64,000 nucleotides of DNA from an uncultured candidate division Zixibacteria bacterium. Lineage in GTDB: Bacteria; Zixibacteria; MSB-5A5; UBA10806. Numbering within the stretch: the first letter of the stretch is position 1; each line of letters begins with the position of its first letter. The position numbers and the translations under genes are program-made. Positions 17,904-28,579 of the stretch are shown in pieces. The notes beneath the pieces are model-generated. The model had not been told where the DNA came from, did not search any database, and worked only from the letters and a program-made list of their open reading frames with translations. The DNA lies in contig CAWFQL010000017.1 in NCBI GenBank assembly GCA_963817915.1, positions 51,239 to 115,238 on the forward strand. The letters run 5' to 3'.

Positions 17904-18605
17904 TTACACGGATAAAATCAGTCGAGGGAAATAAATTTCTTTTGCTAGGGGGTCGTAGTCAGCTGTTTGTGCTATCATAGGTATTCCAATATAACGCAAA
18001 TCCTCGGCCGCTCTATTCACTATATAATTCGAAAATTGAAAATTAGCTATTCTGTATTTTTTGCCGTCCCATTTCCAGATTTGCAGAGGGTGGGGGATTC
18101 TGCGCGTTGTTTCTTCCAACAAGTGAACCAGGTATCATAAAATATGATCTCGGGAATCGAGTCCGTATCCAAATCCGCAAAATCAACATGTGCTCGATCA
18201 AAAAATCGACTATCCTTAATTACAATAGAATCGCCCACAGAATAGACATATACATCAGCGCAGCAATGCTGGCCCCCGTCATTACATTGGAAAATAATTT
18301 CCTTTATTCCATCGGAATCAATATCACGACAATACTGATGTTGGATTCCAGATGAGCGGTTTTCATTGAAGTCGTAAAGCCTAACGAATTCATCCTGTAT
18401 GTGCTTAATTATTGTATCTCCATTAATTATTTTGAGATCATAAGGAAAAAGCCGTTCGTCATAAATTCGGCGATAACTTAAGAATCCGGTATAATTATCT
18501 ATATTAAAAGTATCTACTGCAACTGTCTTAAAATCAAAATATCATTGTTGATGGATCAAAGCAGGAAACCAAGATCATAAGTGTAGTATTATTGTCATAA
18601 ATCAT
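17904..18605 (-). pseudogene. hypothetical exported protein with DxDxDG (FG-GAP-like) motifs, broken by two frame shifts
   Basis: Three consecutive minus-strand frames read MIYDNNTTLMILVSCFDPSTMIF | DFKTVAVDTFNIDNY...YCRDIDSDGIKEIIFQCNDGG...DLDTDSIPEIIFYDTWFTC | LEETTRRIPHPLQIWKWDGKKYRIANFQF. Breaks at the A4 run 18536-18539 and near 18115-18125. Start at 18605 or 18578. Confidence 0.5.
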
Positions 18606-18656
18606 ATTTCCTACGCCGTCAGAAATCCCTTCCGACGGTGACGTTGGCCATTCTCC

Positions 18657-19970
18657 CTACTTCACCTTCGCGCCTATCATCTCCACCAACTCCGCGATTT
18701 TGTGACGGGTCTGCTGCATGCTGTCGCGCTCGCGGACTGTGACGGTATCATCCTGCAAGGTCTGGCCATCGACCGTGATGCAATACGGCGTGCCTGCCTC
18801 ATCCATGCGTCTGTACCGACGGCCCACAGCGCCGCCATCATCGTAGAAGACTTTGAAATGCTTCTTGAGATCGTGATAAATTTTATCGGCTACTTCCGGC
18901 ATGCCATCCTTTTTCACCAACGGGAACACGGCCGCCTTGATCGGCGCAATCTTCGGCGATAACGCCAGAGATACCCGCTGTTCGCCCTTGACCTCTTCCT
19001 CGCGATAGGCATCGACCAGACATACCAGTGTCGAACGGTCGGCACCGGCCGAGGTTTCGATTATAAAGGGAATATATTTCTCATTGGCTTCCTGATCGAA
19101 ATAGCTCAAGTCCTTGCCGGACGCGTTGGCGTGGCGTGAGAGATCAAAGTCGGTGCGGTTATGGATACCCTCGATCTCTTTCCATCCGAATGAAAACTCG
19201 TATTCGATATCATAAGCGGCCTTGGCATAATGAGCCAACTCGTCCTTGCCATGCTCATGCCAGCGAAGCTTCTGCGTATTGATGCCGATTTCGACATACC
19301 ATTGCCAGCGCTGTTCTTTCCAATAGTCGAACCATTTCTGGTCTTCGGCGGGCTTGACAAAAAACTGCATCTCCATCTGCTCGAATTCGCGCGTGCGGAA
19401 AATAAAATTGCCGGGCGTGATTTCATTGCGGAAGGCCTTGCCGATCTGGGCAATCCCGAATGGCACTTTCTGGCGCGATGGCTGAAGGACATTGAGGAAA
19501 TTAACATAAATTCCCTGAGCGGTCTCGGGGCGCATATAGACAATCGCCGTTTCATCCTCGACCGGCCCCATGAACGTTTTGAACATCAGATTGAACATAC
19601 GCGGCTCTGTCAGCTCGCCGCCGCAATCGGGGCAGGCCTTGGTATCGATCTGATCGGCTCTGAAACGATGCTTGCATTTTTTGCAATCGACCATCGGATC
19701 GGTGAAACCCGCTATATGTCCCGACGCTTCCCAGACCTTGGGATGCATTAGAATCGCGGCATCGAGACCCTCGATATCATCGCGGCGGTGAGTCATCGCC
19801 TCCCACCAGAAACGTTTGATATTATTTTTCAATTCGACACCCAACGGGCCGTAATCCCAGCATGAGCCGAGTCCGCCGTATATTTCGGATGATTGGAATA
19901 CGAATCCGCGTCGTTTACAGAGCGATACGATTTTTTCCATCAATGGGTCGGTTGTGATTTTCTTTGCCAC
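18657..19970 (-). CDS. glyQS: glycine--tRNA ligase (dimeric class II type)
   Basis: 437 aa. The [33 protein letters not shown]-terminus and full-length similarity to GlyQS are recognisable. Confidence 0.95.
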   Translation of the reverse strand: MAKKITTDPLMEKIVSLCKRRGFVFQSSEIYGGLGSCWDYGPLGVELKNNIKRFWWEAMTHRRDDIEGLDAAILMHPKVWEASGHIAGFTDPMVDCKKCKHRFRADQIDTKACPDCGGELTEPRMFNLMFKTFMGPVEDETAIVYMRPETAQGIYVNFLNVLQPSRQKVPFGIAQIGKAFRNEITPGNFIFRTREFEQMEMQFFVKPAEDQKWFDYWKEQRWQWYVEIGINTQKLRWHEHGKDELAHYAKAAYDIEYEFSFGWKEIEGIHNRTDFDLSRHANASGKDLSYFDQEANEKYIPFIIETSAGADRSTLVCLVDAYREEEVKGEQRVSLALSPKIAPIKAAVFPLVKKDGMPEVADKIYHDLKKHFKVFYDDGGAVGRRYRRMDEAGTPYCITVDGQTLQDDTVTVRERDSMQQTRHKIAELVEMIGAKVK

Positions 19971-20066
19971 GATTATCTCCTAAAGTAAGCGATTATTTTT
20001 CCATGTTAACGGCGCGTTGCGTCGGTTACGGCGACCCAACGCCACGAATCAAATGGTTTGAAATTT

Positions 20067-20091
20067 GCGTGTCAGGGCTTGCCCTGACCGC
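20067..20091. repeat. REP copy (gcgtgtcagggcttgccctgaccgc)
   Basis: Same outer stem GCGTGTC...GACCGC as the hairpins flanking the RAYT gene, including the tt..aa extension. Confidence 0.85.
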
Positions 20092-20108
20092 AAAACATCA
20101 TTCTCAGC

Positions 20109-20207
20109 GTCATTGCGAGGCCGCCAAAGGCGGCCGAAGCAATCTGTGGGTAGCCCATCCTTCAGATTGCTTCGTCGCCCGGCAGCTGCCGGACTCCTCG
20201 CAATGAC
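20109..20207. repeat. long inverted-repeat element gtcattgcgagg...gaagcaatctg / cagattgcttc...cctcgcaatgac
   Basis: Two arms pair end to end, and each arm holds its own small hairpin (ggccgccaaaggcggcc; cccggcagctgccgg). Confidence 0.8.
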
Positions 20208-20262
20208 CATGTCGGGCGAGGGAACCTCGCCTGACTACAGGAATTTATCCAATCTTTCCACA

Positions 20263-21054
20263 TCATTCATGCCTGCCGAAATCGATCAAGGCCTCGAGGA
20301 ATTTAAACGATTTCAGGTTGCGGGGCAAGCCCAGATGATACCCCGCGAATGATAATATCACCTCGGCCGCCTCTTTGCCGGTGCGTTTGTCTATGATAAT
20401 ATTCGCGATTTCGGTCAATGGCATGGATTCCATCTGATGCAGCAGTTTTAAAGCAGATTCGGAAATCATGGCCGTCGGTTCATCCGGCTCGATACATTTG
20501 ACACAGATCAGCCCGCCTCGTTCGACCGAGATATGCGGCTTTTGGGATTTATCATTGAATTTTATCTCACTGCCGCATGATACACACGCGTTCAATTGCG
20601 GCGCGCAGCCTTCAATGGCAAGCAATCTCATCAACGCGCTCCAGAATAAAAGCCCCGATGATTCCGATTTTGATAATTGCAGCGACTTGAAATACTCGAA
20701 TGTCAACATGAATGTTTGCTGATGGGGTTCTTCGGCGTGCGATATTTTATCGAGTATCTCACACCAGGCCGAGGCGAAACCGTATTTGCGGGGATCGAAT
20801 GTCAGTCCTCTAAAGTCTTCAATCAGCGATGCGCCGCTTATAATTCCGAGCTCTGTTGTCTCCTTTTTATAGAAATCGCCTTCAATCAGATTGAATAATT
20901 CAATTTTGCCCGTGAGCTTGGATTTTGGCTGAGAGATCCCCTTGGCGACTCCCTTAATTTTGCCAAGGTCTCTGGAGAAAAAAGTAACCACCCGGGAGGA
21001 TTCCCCCATCCGGGTGGCTCGTATTATAAATGCCTCAATTTTGAAGCGGCTCAT
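20263..21054 (-). CDS. recO: DNA repair protein RecO
   Basis: 263 aa with an OB-fold N-terminus (KIEAFIIRATRMGESSRVVTFFSRDLGKIKGVAKG) and a Cys4 zinc motif (CVSCGS...CVKC). Confidence 0.85.
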   Translation of the reverse strand: MSRFKIEAFIIRATRMGESSRVVTFFSRDLGKIKGVAKGISQPKSKLTGKIELFNLIEGDFYKKETTELGIISGASLIEDFRGLTFDPRKYGFASAWCEILDKISHAEEPHQQTFMLTFEYFKSLQLSKSESSGLLFWSALMRLLAIEGCAPQLNACVSCGSEIKFNDKSQKPHISVERGGLICVKCIEPDEPTAMISESALKLLHQMESMPLTEIANIIIDKRTGKEAAEVILSFAGYHLGLPRNLKSFKFLEALIDFGRHE

Positions 21055-21064
21055 CGGATGAACA

Positions 21065-21427
21065 CTATCGTGCCCGAGCGGCTCTAACAGAATCGGTCGG
21101 CACGAATTGGATTACATTCTGATCCGGGCGGGCATAGCCGTATTTCTGGACAGCATATTTCTGGATATATTCGGGATCGTTTTTCATTTTATCGATTTCC
21201 CAGAGAGCATCCTGCCGTTCGAGCTTGAGAACAAGAATATCTTTCTCCAATTTTTCGATCTTTTTAGTCAATACCCACATCCTGAAAAATCCGAACTCTC
21301 CCCAGAAAAATGATATTGTCAGAAATACCACGGCCACGGTAATCGCGAACATTTTGAATTTTGATTTGAATCCGGGGCTTTTGACCCGATTGGAAAATCG
21401 TTTTGTAACTCTCGGATAATCCGCCAT
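21065..21427 (-). CDS. ftsB: septum formation initiator (FtsB/DivIC family)
   Basis: 120 aa with a single TM, then a coiled coil (KKIEKLEKDILVLKLERQDALWEIDKMKNDPEYIQKYA). Conserved position next to eno. Confidence 0.7.
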   Translation of the reverse strand: MADYPRVTKRFSNRVKSPGFKSKFKMFAITVAVVFLTISFFWGEFGFFRMWVLTKKIEKLEKDILVLKLERQDALWEIDKMKNDPEYIQKYAVQKYGYARPDQNVIQFVPTDSVRAARAR

Positions 21428-21431
21428 ATGT

Positions 21432-22742
<1,311 letters not shown>

Positions 22743-22880
22743 TCAATTTTTCTAACAATTCAATTTTATCATCAATTATTGAATAGTCAATGGATTTTTG
22801 AAATCCAGTTTCTAAAGCGACCGTTATAGTTATCGGATGAAAAAAGTTAAAAGAGATTAATTATATCTAAGGCAATCATT

Positions 22881-23290
22881 GCGGTGTCGAGTCGTCCGGC
22901 TCCGAAAAAACTTCGGTCGGGTGAGGCCACCCGACCTCACAAACGCAGACAATATTTGTGGCGTCGAGTCGCCTGGCCCTAAAAAAACTTCGGTCTGGCG
23001 AGTCCAAGCCTGTCTCAAACCTCTGTTTTTGCGTCATTGCGAGGAGTTCGGCTTTTGCAGAACGACGAAGCAATCTGCGGGCGGCCTCCTTCAGATTGCT
23101 TCGTCCGCCTGCGGCGGACTCGCAATGACTTTTATGGCGGCGGAATTTGTCATGGTGACGGGTCGCTTGACCCGACACAAAAACCTCGGTCGGGTGCGGC
23201 CACCCGACCTCACAAACGCAGACAATATTTGTGGCGTCGAGTCGTCCGGCTCCGAAAAAACTTCGGTCGGGTGAGGCCACCCGACCTCAC
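22881..23290. repeat. ~77-bp tandem units (9-bp-stem hairpin ggtcgggtg aggc cacccgacc + spacer) interrupted by an inverted-repeat element (23032..23138)
   Basis: The motif cttcggtcggg recurs at 22911, 22988 (degenerate), 23185 and 23261. A ~60-nt block, gtggcgtcgagtcgtccggctccgaaaaaacttcggtcgggtgaggccacccgacctcac, is present at both ends. Confidence 0.8.
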
Positions 23291-23302
23291 GGAAGAGATC
23301 TT

Positions 23303-25451
23303 TTATGGCAGCCTGAATCTCTTTCTAATGGCCCATTCGGTACAAAGACCCAGAAGAAGGACTATGAGGACAAACGGCATTCTAAAGAAATTAATCTGCG
23401 CCTGGCTTTCCTTGATATAGGGCGAAAGCTTTAATTGATCGGGGAATCCCGAGAAATTGTCTTTATCAAAGGCCTTGCCGCCTGTAGCGTCGGAGATACG
23501 GCGAGTCAAATCATAATCGGGTGATTTCGAGGCCATCTCCAGGCTGAATTGTTCTATTGTGAAGCTGCCATTCTTCCTGCCAAGGGTGTCATTAAATGAT
23601 GTCGCCATAGCGCTGAAATCATATTTCCCTGCCGGTAAAGATGAAATATCGGCCGTATATATTCCAATGGAAGTAGGGGAAAGGGCCGCAGATTTTAGAG
23701 GAATCTTCTCGCCGCGCGGGAAAATCGACAAGGTAACGTAGGCTCCACCTTTCGGACGCCCCGCTTTGTCATAGAGATAAGCAGTAGTTCGGACAGGCTC
23801 GCCCAATCGATAGACTTTTTGATCTGTGAGCACCTTGAACTGCTCCATCTTATCGCTTGCTGAAAGCCACTTGCTAAGATTTCTCCAGAAATCGGGAATT
23901 GCTTTGGAAATCGCTTCATCTCTTACAGATCCGAAATAACTTCTCCATAACGGGAAATCCCATGATGGCCACCGAACGGCCCCGTTCCAATGATCCGGCG
24001 ATCATTACCGGAAGCCCATCGAATGCCCCGCGTGCCGAATGACTCTCAAGCAGCACTTCACCTGTCGGGTTGATTCCGGTGACGATTTCAGTTAGAGGCG
24101 GCAATGAACGCCATATCTGGACGCTGGCCTCGGGATCATCATTGAGCATTACTGCCGCGTGCTGCTTTTGGGTAGGCGACGGTTCTACAGAGAAATCATT
24201 GGATATGATATCGGGTTTTTGAAATTTAATGGGCAAAATATCAGCATACTGGCTGAGATATGTAGAGCAATCATTTCCCGCGATATAGACAAACGATCCG
24301 CCATTCTCGATATAATTTTTGAGGTCAGTAGCGTTTACCCTAAGCGATGCCGGAGAAGAATCGATAATAAAAACGATGTCATATTGTTTCAGTCCGTCAA
24401 GACCCCGAGGAGTTCCGGGATCGGAAAATCTGCCTGCGGCCGATTGATAAACAGCATCAACCTGAAATTCGTCGAATTTTCCCAGAGCCTGCTTGAGAAA
24501 TTTGAATTCCCAGTTTAGTTTTGAAACTCCGACAAATATTTTTATTTTGCTTTTTAATATTCTCATCGCGAATAGCCGGTCATTGTCGATATTATTACTC
24601 TCATCCGGAAGAATCGGAGTTGAGACAGTATATTCATAATCGCCCTCAGCCGGGGCCTTAGCCTGAAATTCGACTGATACCTTCCTGCCCTGCTCGGGCA
24701 TATCGAATGATTTCTCGGCGATAACATTCGAGCCTTGTTTGAGCAATATTTTCGAGCGGCCGGGTTTTATTCCAATGGCGCTTAGCTCAGCGGTAACCTC
24801 GAAATCCTGGCCGCTATAGGCTACGGCAGGATATATGATATTATCGATCGAAAGGTTTTTCTCCTCAGTCATATTGCCGACTGTCAAAGTATAGACAGGC
24901 ATATTCAATCTTGATGCAATTCCAACGGGATCGTCCCCGAGATTTTGCCTGCCATCCGTGACAAGCATTACCGCGCCATAATTATCGATATCATTTTTTT
25001 GCCCGAATTGTTGTAGGGCTTCGGATATGGAAGTAGCGTCCCCTGTTGAATCAACTTGAGAGGGGAGCGCGGATGATTTCTTTAGATTACTGGAAAATTG
25101 AAAAATTATATATTCGGATTTTATCTTGGTCAGAGCAGAATTCGCAAGACTATCGGCGAGGCTAATTCGTTTGACCCCATCTTCGGAGACTCCCATGCTT
25201 TTGGAAGTATCAAAAATAACGGCCAGCTGCGGTTTTACGATTTTGGATGAGTATAGATTTATCAGCGGCTCTATAAGGAGAATTCCCAAGAGCAAAACCA
25301 TTAACGCCCTGAGCGACGCCAGGACTATTCTCCAACCCTTTTCAAGAGGCGGATAAGTCTTGATATAAGATAATATCCCGACTGCGATGCCTATAATGCC
25401 GATTAAAGCGTATAAATACCAATATTGGGATAGTATCTGGATATTCATCAA
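23303..25451 (-). pseudogene. membrane-anchored vWA-domain protein (BatA/BatB-like with C-terminal TM), one frame break
   Basis: N-terminal TMs and MIDAS motif AVIFDTSKSMG. ORF 23916..25451 ends ...AIMGFPVMEK*, while the +1 frame reads FPLWRSYFGSVRDEAISKAIPDFWRNLSKWLSASDKMEQFKVL into ORF 23303..23848. Removing one G from the GGG at 23953-23955 restores a single frame. Confidence 0.6.
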
Positions 25452-25535
25452 TTAATATAATTATTTAGGTTAAAATAAAGCGCCACTTTGATTAAGACCA
25501 TCAGTGGCGCGTGATTCGATATATCTATCATTATT

Positions 25536-26495
25536 TTATCTATCTCTAACTGCGGCCAACGTGGCCAATTCCTCTAATGATCTTTTCATCGGCAAGTCAT
25601 CAATCGATCTCACGATGTTGATCGCTTTTTCAACGAAACCGCGCGCCTTTTGTTCCGCGTAAACAATTCCGCCATTATCTCGAACAAATTGTACTACTTC
25701 GGATATATCGTTATTCGTAGAATCTCCAAGGATTCCCTTGAAATGACTCTTGGCGTGGCTGTTACCATTTCGCATGGCGTAAATCAATGGCAATGTAACC
25801 CAGCCTTCCCGAATATCCGATCCAAGGCTCTTGCCGGTTTTGCGGGTATCGCCGATCAGATCGAGAAGGTCATCGGTAATCTGGAATGCCATCCCGATAT
25901 TTTCGCCGTATTCGCGAAGGCCGCTAAGTACTTTGCCATTCTGCCCGGAACAGATTGCACCCGCCTCGGCCGAGCACGAGAAAAGGGATGCGGTCTTATC
26001 GGCGATAATATTCAGGTAAGTTTCTTCGACGATATCAAAATTGCCGGTATAAAAAACCTGATTTAGCTCTCCAATCGATACACGTTCGGTGGCTCTTGAA
26101 AATGACGCCAGCAATCCGGGCATATTGGCTTTCACAAGCAAACCGAATGACTTGGCAAATAGATAATCGCCCATCAGGACCGCGACCAGATTATTCCATT
26201 TGTTGTTGGTAGTCTCACGTCCGCGGCGGACATTGGATTCATCGACTACGTCGTCATGCAAGAGTGTCGCGGTATGTATAAGCTCAATGGCCAGAGCCGA
26301 GTTTAGCGATGATTCGTTGAGCTGGCCGGATGTTAGAAATACCAGCGCCGGCCGGAGCCGTTTGCCCGACGCGCCATATAAATGATCCGTTATCTGACGG
26401 ATAATCGTAGAATCGGTCTCAAGAGTCTTTTTCAGCTCTATTTCGAATTGCTCTAATTGATTGGATACTGAAGAAAGAGCTTTGGAAAAATCCAT
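25536..26495 (-). CDS. polyprenyl diphosphate synthase (trans-IPPS, long-chain type)
   Basis: Both Asp-rich motifs are present (LLHDDVVDES; QITDDLLD). 319 aa. Confidence 0.9.
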   Translation of the reverse strand: MDFSKALSSVSNQLEQFEIELKKTLETDSTIIRQITDHLYGASGKRLRPALVFLTSGQLNESSLNSALAIELIHTATLLHDDVVDESNVRRGRETTNNKWNNLVAVLMGDYLFAKSFGLLVKANMPGLLASFSRATERVSIGELNQVFYTGNFDIVEETYLNIIADKTASLFSCSAEAGAICSGQNGKVLSGLREYGENIGMAFQITDDLLDLIGDTRKTGKSLGSDIREGWVTLPLIYAMRNGNSHAKSHFKGILGDSTNNDISEVVQFVRDNGGIVYAEQKARGFVEKAINIVRSIDDLPMKRSLEELATLAAVRDR

Positions 26496-26616
26496 TTTAA
26501 TTCCTTAAATCAAAATTAAGCCACAAATTAGCCCACCACTTGGCTCAAAATATCGGATGCGTTATTCGATGTCAACCTTAAAGAAAAATTGAGGCTTATC
26601 GGTGTAATATCATCAT

Positions 26617-27372
26617 TTAACCAACAAGTACAGCCCCGCCGTTGACATTGAGAATCTCACCGGTGATGAAGCTGGCCCATTCCGACGCCATAAATACTAT
26701 CGGGCTTGCCAATTCTCTCGGCGTGGCGGCGCGTCCTAACGGGATAAGCGAAAGATACTTGGGGCCATCGGGACTAGTTAAAGCAGGGTGGCTCATATCG
26801 GTATCGACCCAGCCGGGAGCGACGCTATTAACCCTGATACCAAAAGGCGCCAATTCCGAAGACAATGATTTGGTCAATGATATCAACGCGCCTTTGGATG
26901 CTGCGTAATGAGAATGCATCGCCTCACCTCTCTGTCCAGCGGTGGAAGTGATGAAGATGATATTGCCTGATTTCTGTTTTTTCATGGATGGGACAACTGC
27001 GGATGTAGTATAGAAACAGCCCTTTATATTGATATCGATTGTGCGGTCAAGTATGTCATCGGTCATTTTCTCGATAGCGGATTCGGTCCAGATACCGGCA
27101 TTATTGACGAGAATATCGATCTTGCCGAATTCATCCAATGCTTTTTTGACCATCGACTCGCAATCCTGACGTTTCCCCATATCGGCCTGAATAATCAGGC
27201 ATCGGCGGCCGAGTTTTTCAATCGATGATTTGACTTTCCGGGCGGCATCAGGATTTGTGTAATAGTTGATGGCGATATCTGCTCCCAATTCGGCGAAAAG
27301 TATGGCTGCTTCGGCACCGATTCCCCTGGAACCGCCGGTGATTAGCACAACCTGATTTTTGAAATTTATCAT
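26617..27372 (-). CDS. SDR-family oxidoreductase (3-oxoacyl-ACP reductase-like)
   Basis: TGGSRGIG cofactor motif, NNAG, and catalytic S...YAASK. Confidence 0.85.
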   Translation of the reverse strand: MINFKNQVVLITGGSRGIGAEAAILFAELGADIAINYYTNPDAARKVKSSIEKLGRRCLIIQADMGKRQDCESMVKKALDEFGKIDILVNNAGIWTESAIEKMTDDILDRTIDINIKGCFYTTSAVVPSMKKQKSGNIIFITSTAGQRGEAMHSHYAASKGALISLTKSLSSELAPFGIRVNSVAPGWVDTDMSHPALTSPDGPKYLSLIPLGRAATPRELASPIVFMASEWASFITGEILNVNGGAVLVG

Positions 27373-27411
27373 TGAATTCCTTTCATTAATTTCACATTCG
27401 AGGTCAATTTA

Positions 27412-27696
27412 TCATGTTCGAGAGAGTCTCTCCACCGATTTTTTCACTTCCGCCGCTAACGGCTCGAATTCTTCTTTGGTGAAGCTTTGGATTTGATTTA
27501 ATCGGCGCACCAGGTCTTTGTTGTTGAGAATCCAGCGGGCGACCTCGACTCCCTGCTCCCAAACCATCATGTGGAGAAATTGATTCAGTAACGGCCCCAT
27601 AGGTTTACCATCGAGGATTTCATTTACGGCAGAATCGGCTTTTTTAACTGTATTGAGGAATAGCTGCCAGGAATCTTTAGGTAATTGGTAATCCAT
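27412..27696 (-). CDS. hypothetical protein (94 aa)
   Basis: ORF only, with no motif I recognise. Same strand as the SDR gene and 40 nt upstream of it. Composition is like neighbouring genes. Confidence 0.35.
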   Translation of the reverse strand: MDYQLPKDSWQLFLNTVKKADSAVNEILDGKPMGPLLNQFLHMMVWEQGVEVARWILNNKDLVRRLNQIQSFTKEEFEPLAAEVKKSVERLSRT

Positions 27697-27854
27697 AACA
27701 ATCCTTTCAAAACATATTTAAGCAACAATTACTAAAATTAACAGTAGCGTGTTATAGTTCCGGCAACGGAATATGATAATGATTATGCTAATAGATATAA
27801 ACCGCGAGGCACAGATTTATATTCATGCCTGCGAATAGAATTTCTGATTTCTTT

Positions 27855-28543
27855 ATCCTGTCGTTTCTCATTTTATTTCGTCTGCGACAGGATTTTTCGT
27901 CATTTGACCGCGCCACATTAAATCCGCCATCAGGCGGATCCAAAATGTGGCGCTGGATCCCAGGATCCAAATCGTCACATTGTCCGGCTGTCGCCGGACG
28001 AGAAAGCGGGGCCCCCGTCCTTCCACCTTTCGGGGGTTTTCAAAACAAATGCTGAGTGAACGTGTTTTTGAGATTTGAATTTAGGATGTCGGGTTTCTCA
28101 TCCGTCATTTGCCGGATTGTAAACTCGCTTCGCTCGTTCGGAACGCCGACCTACTGCTCCCATTGGCTGCTGCTCGCAAGATTCCGCGACAAGCGCGGAA
28201 TGACAAAGCAGGGGACAGGAGGGATGCCTGACGCACGCTTGGAATATAAAGAAAAAAAGTGGCAGGTCACGCCCGTCTTCGACGGTCTACGACCTGCCAT
28301 AACTCATATTATTGTAAGGGCGGGTTTGAAACCCGCCCCTACGGAGATATTTGTGGTTTTGACAACTGGGATGGATTCCGCATGGAGCCCTATTAATTCC
28401 CGCGACCGACGGAAGCGGAATTTCAGGACTGGGGTTTGATGAATCAAACCCCTACAGCGCTATCGGGTTTCTCATTCGCTTCGCTCGCTCGGAACGCAGA
28501 GCTACTGATCTCGCAAGATTCCGGCTCGGGGGCCGGAATGACA
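27855..28543. repeat. ~0.7-kb non-coding field of at least 10 different GC-rich hairpins
   Basis: Examples: atcctgtcg...cgacaggat (27855-27893); gcgccacatt...aatgtggcgc around an inner ccgcc atcag gcgg stem; tggcaggtc...gacctgcca; gtaagggcgggtttgaaacccgcccctac (28314..28342); agattccgcgacaagcgcggaatgaca (28179..28205); ggggtttgatgaatcaaacccctac; agattccggctcgggggccggaatgaca (28516..28543). Confidence 0.85.
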
Positions 28544-28579
28544 TGGAAGTGTTTGGTGGGACGTCTACCGCCCATATAA

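Noticed and set aside
22876-23280. 134-aa and 131-aa ORFs on opposite strands (22876..23280 minus, 22879..23274 plus), plus 23037..23420.
   Set aside because: They lie entirely within the tandem/inverted repeat array. Their 'proteins' are repeat translations (e.g. ...GWPHPTEVF... twice). Mutual antisense overlap shows the open frames arise from GC-rich repeats lacking stop codons.
28056-28439. ORFs across hairpin fields (27825..28055, 28056..28439, 31121..31480, 32583..33008, 32800..33156, 33050..33301, 20065..20352, 5761..5985).
   Set aside because: The sequences are concatenated palindromes. Translations contain the well-known repeat-derived peptides (RAGLKPAPT, LLAMT, etc.). There is no consistent coding signal.
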